Part shown: positions 26,243-32,000 of the stretch, one piece after another | Numbering within the stretch: the stretch's first letter is position 1 | Layout of the letters: every line of letters begins with the position of its first letter | The notes under the pieces: generated by a model | What the model was told of the DNA's origin: nothing | The model's database searches: none | Seen by the model: only the letters and a program-made list of their open reading frames with translations | Made by a program: the position numbers and the translations under genes | DNA from: Erysipelotrichaceae bacterium OH741_COT-311 | Lineage (GTDB): Bacteria > Bacillota_I > Bacilli_A > Erysipelotrichales > Erysipelotrichaceae | Reading direction: 5' to 3' | Assembly (NCBI GenBank): GCA_003858585.1 | Contig: RQZE01000012.1 | Coordinates: forward strand, 13,278-45,277 | DNA length: 32,000 nucleotides

Positions 26243-27409
26243 ATGGAAAACGAGAATAAAATTGTTTTAACGTTAGAAAATAATAATGAAGCAGAAGAAG
26301 TGCAAGAACAAGAAGTGAAGCTAGAAGAAGTAAAGCCTGTTCCATTAACAGAAGAAAATATGGTTAAGTTTGATGATTCTGCATTAACAGATGAAGAACG
26401 TAAAATGGTAGCGGATTTTGCCGAAAAAATTGATATTACATCAAGTGATACCATTTTACAATATGGTGCAAGTGCACAGGCTAAGATTGCAAAATTCTCA
26501 GAAACAGCATTAGGTAAAGTTCGTACAAAAGACTTAGATGAAGTTGGAGATATGATGACCAACTTAATTGGTGAGTTAAAGGGTTTTAAAGTAGATGAAG
26601 AAGAAAAAGGAATTTTTGGTTTCTTTAAAAAACAAGGGATTAAGTTAAGCAATTTAAAAACAAAATATGATAAAGCAGAAGTAAATGTTAATAAGATTAG
26701 TAAGATTTTAGAGGACCATCAAATTGTACTACTAAAAGATATTGCGTTATTGGATGGTTTATATGATAAAAACTTAGTCAATTTTAAAGAGTTAACGATG
26801 TATATTTTGGCTGGGAATAAGCGTTTGGAAGAAATTAAAGCGAATGATTTACCGAAATTACGTGAAAAAGCTCAAGCTAGCGGTTTGCCGGAAGATGCAC
26901 AAGCTGCCAATGATTTAGCAAACGCAATTGATCGTTTTGAAAAGAAGTTGCATGATTTAGAATTAACTCGTGTTATTTCAATTCAAATGGCTCCACAAAT
27001 TCGTTTAGTACAAAATAATGACACATTAATTGCGGAGAAGATTCAATCAACATTAGTGAATACGATTCCATTATGGAAGTCTCAAATGTTAATTGCATTA
27101 GGTTTAACGCATTCAAAACAAGCGATGCAAGCACAGCGTGAAGTTACAAATATGACAAATAGCTTATTGAAGAAGAATGCTGAAATGTTAAAGACTGCGA
27201 CAATTGAAACGGCAAAAGAAAGTGAACGTGGCATTGTTGATATTGAAACATTAACAAATACAAACCAAAAATTAATTGAGACTCTTGATGAAGTTGCTCG
27301 TATTCAAAGTGAAGGACGTACAAGACGTGCAAATGCCCAAGTGGAATTACGTCGTATTGAAAAAGAAATTAATGAGAAGTTACTTTCTGTTCGACAAGGA
27401 GTGAATTAG
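26243..27409 (+). CDS. telA: Toxic anion resistance protein, TelA/KlaA/YceH family
   Basis: 388 aa. ...ILQYGASAQAKIAKFSE...VGDMMTNLIGELKGF... and a long coiled-coil body typical of TelA. GAGGTGA is 5 nt before ATG 26243. The track start 26234 is GTG inside the SD. Confidence 0.85.
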   Translation: MENENKIVLTLENNNEAEEVQEQEVKLEEVKPVPLTEENMVKFDDSALTDEERKMVADFAEKIDITSSDTILQYGASAQAKIAKFSETALGKVRTKDLDEVGDMMTNLIGELKGFKVDEEEKGIFGFFKKQGIKLSNLKTKYDKAEVNVNKISKILEDHQIVLLKDIALLDGLYDKNLVNFKELTMYILAGNKRLEEIKANDLPKLREKAQASGLPEDAQAANDLANAIDRFEKKLHDLELTRVISIQMAPQIRLVQNNDTLIAEKIQSTLVNTIPLWKSQMLIALGLTHSKQAMQAQREVTNMTNSLLKKNAEMLKTATIETAKESERGIVDIETLTNTNQKLIETLDEVARIQSEGRTRRANAQVELRRIEKEINEKLLSVRQGVN

Positions 27410-27431
27410 TAGGAGTAATCCTACTTTTTTA
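27408..27431 (+). terminator. Rho-independent terminator after telA
   Basis: Stem agtagga-gtaa-tcctact (27408-27425) followed by TTTTTTATT. It overlaps the telA stop codon. Confidence 0.7.
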
Positions 27432-27436
27432 TTGTT

Positions 27437-28108
27437 ATGTATAAGATATTAGTTGTAGAAGATGATGCTTTAATTTCAAAGTTAATTCAGGAGCATTTAA
27501 ATAGTTGGAATTATCAAGCAATCGGAATTTGTGATTTTACAGAAGTTACAAAAGAATTTTTGGCTTTTCATCCGGATCTTGTGTTGTTGGATATTCATTT
27601 ACCCTTTTTTAATGGCTATCATTGGTGCAATGAAATACGTAAGGTATCCAATGTCCCAATTATCTTTATTTCCAGTGCGAGTGATAATATGAATATTGTA
27701 ATGGCAATGAATATGGGTGGGGATGATTTTTTACCTAAGCCTTTTGATTTTAATGTGTTAATTGCTAAGGTGAATGCGATGATACGTCGTTGTTATAGCT
27801 TGAAGAATGAAGTATCTTTGTTGGAATATGAAGGGGTTGTTTTAAACGTCAATGATGCTTCTTTGTCCTATCAACAACAAAAAGTAGAGCTGACTAAAAA
27901 TGAATATAAGATTATGATGTTATTGCTGGAACATACCAAAGAGATTGTTTCAAGAGATAGTATTATGAAAGCATGTTGGCAAACCGATGAATTTATTGAT
28001 GATAATACGTTAACTGTGAATGTAACACGTTTAAAGAAAAAGTTAGAAGATATTGGGCTCAAGGATTTTATTAAGACAAAAAAAGGAATTGGGTACTATA
28101 TCGCATGA
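27437..28108 (+). CDS. OmpR-family response regulator, BceR/GraR type
   Basis: MYKILVVEDD...LVLLDIHLPFFNGYHWCNEIR...PIIFISSASDNMNIVMAMNMGGDDFLPKPF, plus a winged-helix C-terminus (LTKNEYKIMMLL...GIGYYI). No SD is visible upstream. Confidence 0.9.
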   Translation: MYKILVVEDDALISKLIQEHLNSWNYQAIGICDFTEVTKEFLAFHPDLVLLDIHLPFFNGYHWCNEIRKVSNVPIIFISSASDNMNIVMAMNMGGDDFLPKPFDFNVLIAKVNAMIRRCYSLKNEVSLLEYEGVVLNVNDASLSYQQQKVELTKNEYKIMMLLLEHTKEIVSRDSIMKACWQTDEFIDDNTLTVNVTRLKKKLEDIGLKDFIKTKKGIGYYIA

Positions 28109-29046
28109 AGTTATTAAAAACGTATGTAAAATTACGTCTATCTTTTCTGGTGTATTATCTTTCGTTTGTGTTGTTGTTTCTTTTGGTAAGTTATTTGTAC
28201 AATGATTCTTTAAAGAGTGCCGGTTATGTTGTTGTTTTGTGCAGTGTATCTGTGTTGGTGGAGTTTTTCTTATCCTTTTTGGCATTTAAAAAGAAAGTAG
28301 CGATTTTTTCTTACTATATGCAGCAGGATGTATATACTTTAGATCGTTTGCCTAAAACAAAGGGGTTATATGATACCTATTATTATTCTGTGATTGAAAA
28401 TTTATATCATAGAAATTGTGATTTGAAATCAGAGTATGATTTAAAATATCAAGATGTGTTAGATTACTATACCCTTTGGGTACATCAAGTCAAGATTCCA
28501 TTACAAGCGTTGCGTTTACTTAGTAAAGATAATCAAATGAATCAACAAATCTTTAAAGTAGAACAATATGTAGATATGGCATTACAGTATTTACGTGTGG
28601 ATTTTATGAATAGTGATTTATTGATTAAAGAGTATGAATTAGATACGATATTAAAAGGTGTCTTAAAGAAGTATGCGGATGCGTTTATTCAAAGTGGTTT
28701 GGCTTTTGAGTTTAAAGAAACCCATCAAATAATAATTAGTGATGCCAAGTGGTTATCTTTTGTCTTAGAACAGCTTATCAGTAATGCCTTAAAATATACC
28801 AAGAAAGGTCATATTAAGATTTATTATGAAGACGGTTTAGTGATTGAAGATAGTGGAATTGGCATTATTGAAGAAGATTTACAGCGTATCTTTGAAAAAG
28901 GATATACAGGTTATAATGGACGTAATCATAAAAAATCGACAGGGATTGGTTTGTATTTGGTTAAAAAGATCTTATCCAAGCTCAATCATGAAATTATTGT
29001 TACTTCAAAGTTAAAAGAAGGTAGTGCATTTAAGATTCGTTTCTAA
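28105..29046 (+). CDS. Intramembrane-sensing histidine kinase, BceS type
   Basis: Two N-terminal TM helices joined by a loop of only a few residues. H-box WVHQVKIPLQAL, N-box ISNALKYT, G-boxes EDSGIGI and GIGLYLVKKI. ATGA overlap with the regulator gene. Confidence 0.88.
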   Translation: MKLLKTYVKLRLSFLVYYLSFVLLFLLVSYLYNDSLKSAGYVVVLCSVSVLVEFFLSFLAFKKKVAIFSYYMQQDVYTLDRLPKTKGLYDTYYYSVIENLYHRNCDLKSEYDLKYQDVLDYYTLWVHQVKIPLQALRLLSKDNQMNQQIFKVEQYVDMALQYLRVDFMNSDLLIKEYELDTILKGVLKKYADAFIQSGLAFEFKETHQIIISDAKWLSFVLEQLISNALKYTKKGHIKIYYEDGLVIEDSGIGIIEEDLQRIFEKGYTGYNGRNHKKSTGIGLYLVKKILSKLNHEIIVTSKLKEGSAFKIRF

Positions 29047-29048
29047 AG

Positions 29049-29062
29049 TTACATAAATGTAA
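29049..29062. promoter_or_regulatory. BceR-type operator (inverted repeat TTACA-N4-TGTAA)
   Basis: TTACATAAATGTAA lies 3 nt after the kinase stop and about 85 nt upstream of the ABC ATPase start. It fits the TNACA-N4-TGTAA consensus recalled for BceR-like regulators. An extra half-site ATGTAAG is at 29077-29083. The 9-nt direct repeat CTAAAGTTA occurs at 29043 and 29084. Confidence 0.6.
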
Positions 29063-29146
29063 GGATTCAAAAGATAATGTAAGCTAAAGTTATGGTTTGC
29101 ATTATTTTTTATTTGTAAGATAGAAGTGTAGAAAGAAGGAAATAAT

Positions 29147-29911
29147 ATGACAATGTTAGAAGTAAACAATCTTAAAAAAGTATATACAACTCGTTTTGGT
29201 TTAAATAATGTAACAGCTTTATCCAACGTTACATTTTCAGTAGAAGAAGGTGAGTATGTTGCGATTATGGGAGAAAGCGGTAGCGGAAAAACCACTCTTT
29301 TAAATATTTTGGCTTCTTTAGATAAACCTACAAGTGGATCGGTGCATTTACAGGGAAACAACATCGTTAAAATTAAGGAGAAAGATATTTCAGCGTTTCG
29401 TCGAGAAAATCTAGGGTTTGTTTTTCAAGATTTTAATTTATTAGACACATTTAATTTAAAGGACAATATTTTCTTGCCTTTGGTGTTAAGCGGTAAGAAA
29501 TACCGTGAAATGGAAGAGCGTTTAAAAGGCATTGCTGACAAGTTAAAGATTCGTGATTTATTAGAAAAATATCCATATGAAGTGAGTGGCGGACAAAAAC
29601 AAAGAGTAGCGATTGCTCGTGCTTTGATTAGTCATCCTCGTCTGATTTTGGCAGATGAACCAACCGGGGCATTGGATTCTCGTAGTGCCGATCAATTGTT
29701 AGAGCTGTTTAAAACGATTAACCAAGAAGGGCAAACCATTCTTATGGTGACACACAGTGTTAAGGCAGCTTCAACCGCTTCTCGTGTTTTGTTTATTAAA
29801 GATGGTGAAGTGTTTCATCAGTTGTATCGTGGAAATCATAGTGATGAAGAGATGTTTGAAACGATTTCTTTAACACTTACAAATATGTTAAAAGGTGAAG
29901 TGTATGAGTAA
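29147..29911 (+). CDS. ABC transporter ATP-binding protein, BceA type
   Basis: 254 aa. Walker A GESGSGKTTLLN, signature VSGGQKQRVAIARAL, Walker B LILADEPTGALD. GAAGGA SD. Confidence 0.92.
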   Translation: MTMLEVNNLKKVYTTRFGLNNVTALSNVTFSVEEGEYVAIMGESGSGKTTLLNILASLDKPTSGSVHLQGNNIVKIKEKDISAFRRENLGFVFQDFNLLDTFNLKDNIFLPLVLSGKKYREMEERLKGIADKLKIRDLLEKYPYEVSGGQKQRVAIARALISHPRLILADEPTGALDSRSADQLLELFKTINQEGQTILMVTHSVKAASTASRVLFIKDGEVFHQLYRGNHSDEEMFETISLTLTNMLKGEVYE

Positions 29912-31880
29912 AGCATTTTTTCCAAAATTAGCGATTGATAACATTAAAAACAACACGAAAACATACGTGCCATTTCTTTTAGCCACGATTGGTATGATAG
30001 CAATGTTTTATGATTTATGTGCGATTACCTTTGATCCTGCTTTAAAGTCTATTCGTGGTGGGACTCATCTTGGTATGGTTTTATCGTTTGGTATTGTAAT
30101 TGTAAGTATCTTTTCCTTGGTCTTTATTTTCTATACCAATAGTTTTTTAGTGAAGCGTCGTATTAAAGAATTTGGTCTATATAATATTTTAGGGTTAGAA
30201 AAGAAACATATTAGTGCCATTATGTTTTTTGAAGCCATCTTCTCTTTAGTTATTTCTTTGATTGGTGGCTTGGTTTCCGGTTTTTTACTAAGTAAGTTTA
30301 TGAAACTTTTACTTGCGAAAATCATTGGAAATATTGCCGGATTTCGCTTTGAAATTTCCACGCATGGTATTTTCTTTACCGTTTTGTTGTTTAGTTTGAT
30401 TTTCTTATTGACTTACATCTACACGGTTATTAAAGTATATCGCAGTAAACCGATTGATTTATTAAAGGGTTCAAATGTTGGAGAAAAGGAACCAAAGGTT
30501 CGTTGGGTGTATTTCGTTTTTGGGTTACTTTCCTTAGGAAGTGGATACTATTTAGCTTTAACGATTCAATCACCTTTACAAGCGTTCTCAACGTTCTTTA
30601 TAGCAGTCTTATTGGTTATCTTTGGTACCTATGCATTATTTATTGCGGTGTCAATTTTTATCTTAAAGTTATTAAAGAAAAATAAAAACTTTTATTATCG
30701 TATTGAAAACTTTACATCTATTTCTTCTTTGATGTATCGTATGAAACAAAATGCAGTGGGATTATCTAATATTTGCATCTTATCAACTATGGTTTTAGTA
30801 GTATTGTCAACAACGATTAGTTTATATGTAGGGGTAGATTCGGTTTTAAAGAATCGTTATCCGTTAGATGTTGTGATTGTTTCTATGGTACAAAATGAAC
30901 AGGAGATGTTTGAAAAAAAAGAAGAAATCCAGATGGTATTAAAGGAGACAGGGGCAAAGGCGCTTGATATTGATGAAGCTGTTAAAACAAGCTTCTATTT
31001 AAGACAAGATGGAAATCAGTTAATAGATGAATATACCGGGTTTGAAAATAATGTCTTTGGTGGAGTAATACCATTGGATTATTACAATGCGCTTTATCAA
31101 ACAAATTATGAATTAGAAGATAATGAATTGTTAATCTTTGATAAAGATCATTTATTTACCCAACCGGAACTCATCATTATGGGGAAACCATTTTACATCA
31201 AACAGGAAATTCAATCATTTGGTAAAAAAGGAGATTTAGAAGTTGTTTTAGGGTCAACTGTTGGTGTTGTGGTAAAGGATGTTTATAGTTTTGCAAGTTT
31301 AGTCAAGCAGCCCAAAAATGTGGAGGACTCTCCTGTATCAACGAAGGCAGAATTTCATTATCAATTTAACATTGATGGAAGTAAAGAAGAAAAGATAGCA
31401 GTGGTAAATAAGTTAAATGCCATGTTCAAGAATCAAGGGTTGGATATGTATGCCGATGGAATTGAAAATTCTCGTGATGAATTTAATAGTTTATATGGCG
31501 GATTGTTCTTCTTAGGAATTTCACTTGGTACCATCTTTATGATGGCTACTGTGTTGATTATTTACTATAAACAAATTCAAGAAGGATTTGAAGATCAAAA
31601 GCGTTTTAAAATCATGCAGCAAGTTGGTATGGATCATCAAACGATTAAGTATTCGATTAATAAACAAGTATTGATTATGTTTTTCTTACCGTTACTTCTT
31701 GCGATGGTTCATGTTACCTTTGCTTTTCCAATGACTTCTAAATTATTAATGTTGTTTGGTTTGGCTGATAAAGTATTATTTGTCTTGTGTGTGATGGCAA
31801 CCGTCATTGTCTTTGCGGTTATTTATACCATTGTTTATGTGATTACCTCTAAAGTATATTATGGTATTGTAAAACACTAA
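29904..31880 (+). CDS. ABC transporter permease, BceB type (FtsX-domain, 10 TM, large extracellular domain)
   Basis: AAAGGTGA is 5 nt before ATG 29904 (MSKAFFPKLAIDNIKNN...), an ATGAGTAA overlap with the ATPase gene. There are two FtsX-like TM bundles separated by a soluble domain of about 190 aa (roughly residues 330-520). The track start 29895 is GTG. Confidence 0.9.
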   Translation: MSKAFFPKLAIDNIKNNTKTYVPFLLATIGMIAMFYDLCAITFDPALKSIRGGTHLGMVLSFGIVIVSIFSLVFIFYTNSFLVKRRIKEFGLYNILGLEKKHISAIMFFEAIFSLVISLIGGLVSGFLLSKFMKLLLAKIIGNIAGFRFEISTHGIFFTVLLFSLIFLLTYIYTVIKVYRSKPIDLLKGSNVGEKEPKVRWVYFVFGLLSLGSGYYLALTIQSPLQAFSTFFIAVLLVIFGTYALFIAVSIFILKLLKKNKNFYYRIENFTSISSLMYRMKQNAVGLSNICILSTMVLVVLSTTISLYVGVDSVLKNRYPLDVVIVSMVQNEQEMFEKKEEIQMVLKETGAKALDIDEAVKTSFYLRQDGNQLIDEYTGFENNVFGGVIPLDYYNALYQTNYELEDNELLIFDKDHLFTQPELIIMGKPFYIKQEIQSFGKKGDLEVVLGSTVGVVVKDVYSFASLVKQPKNVEDSPVSTKAEFHYQFNIDGSKEEKIAVVNKLNAMFKNQGLDMYADGIENSRDEFNSLYGGLFFLGISLGTIFMMATVLIIYYKQIQEGFEDQKRFKIMQQVGMDHQTIKYSINKQVLIMFFLPLLLAMVHVTFAFPMTSKLLMLFGLADKVLFVLCVMATVIVFAVIYTIVYVITSKVYYGIVKH

Positions 31881-31902
31881 AAGAAGCGTTAAGCTTCTTT
31901 TA
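31879..31902 (+). terminator. Terminator of the bceAB-like operon
   Basis: Stem aaaagaagc / gcttctttt, loop gttaa, then AATT. Confidence 0.6.
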
Positions 31903-31910
31903 ATTATATA

Positions 31911-31935
31911 GAAAAACCACGCCATAGTGGCGTGG
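31911..31935 (-). terminator. GC-rich terminator for a minus-strand gene entering from the right edge
   Basis: Stem ccacgcca-tag-tggcgtgg (31917-31935). On the minus strand it is followed by TTTTTC. Confidence 0.55.
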
Positions 31936-31947
31936 GTAAAGATGAGC

Positions 31948-32000
31948 TTAAGCGATGAACAAAAAAGTCCTTCTTATGCTAAACTTTGAATAAGCCAGCC
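31948..32000 (-). CDS. Possible 3' end of a minus-strand gene (about 17 codons, ...LAYSKFSIRRTFLFIA*)
   Basis: This is the only minus frame open from the window edge. Its TAA (31950-31948) lies 13 nt before the minus-strand terminator. Too short to identify. Confidence 0.25.
   Translation of the reverse strand, partial: LAYSKFSIRRTFLFIA

Noticed and set aside
26209-26652. 147-aa minus-strand ORF, Ser/Thr-rich and low-complexity, antisense to the 5' part of telA
   Set aside because: It mirrors the Glu/Lys-rich telA N-terminus (GAA/AAG codons read backwards). It has no SD and no recognisable domain, and telA on the other strand has a clear family signature.
30131-30685. Track ORFs 30131-30361 (-) and 30503-30685 (+) inside the BceB-type permease gene
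   Set aside because: They are alternative-frame or antisense shadows of a hydrophobic membrane-protein gene. They have no SD and no family features.

Overview
This is a low-GC Bacillota-type chromosomal segment. It uses the standard genetic code (TGA is a stop, Trp is TGG) and has strong GGAGG-type Shine-Dalgarno sites. All family calls come from motif recognition by eye; no searches were run.

Gene content, left to right:
- An MscS-channel fragment, a DUF218 membrane protein and two tandem small membrane-protein paralogs.
- A consensus promoter and L10 leader, then rplJ-rplL, a YbxB/RsmC-type methyltransferase, rpoB (unusually long, about 1373 aa) and rpoC.
- A TM+TPR-like hypothetical protein, gdhA, cca, a cold-shock protein gene and an orphan HPr-like protein.
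- A cysteine locus: cysE plus an unknown membrane protein, divergent from a leader ORF-hflX-cysK-isochorismatase-family operon.
- A small islet with a 62-aa protein and a GNAT acetyltransferase.
- A heterodimeric ABC exporter pair, an FNT channel and telA.
- A complete BceRS/BceAB-type peptide-antibiotic sensing and detoxification module, with a recognisable BceR-type operator.

I saw no rRNA, tRNA, CRISPR array, transposase, integrase, phage gene or recognisable defence system.

The best candidate for something undescribed is a well-signalled 9-codon leader ORF, MSCCCLGRK, with three identical consecutive Cys codons. It lies between divergent cysE and the hflX-cysK operon. It could be a Cys-sensing or ribosome-stall-sensing attenuator.

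Secondary oddities:
- An 85-nt near-identical 5' block shared by two otherwise diverged small membrane-protein genes.
- A terminator-like hairpin inside the csp leader.
- Large lineage-specific insertions in RpoB.
- A response-regulator gene that starts 6 nt after the telA terminator and has no Shine-Dalgarno site.
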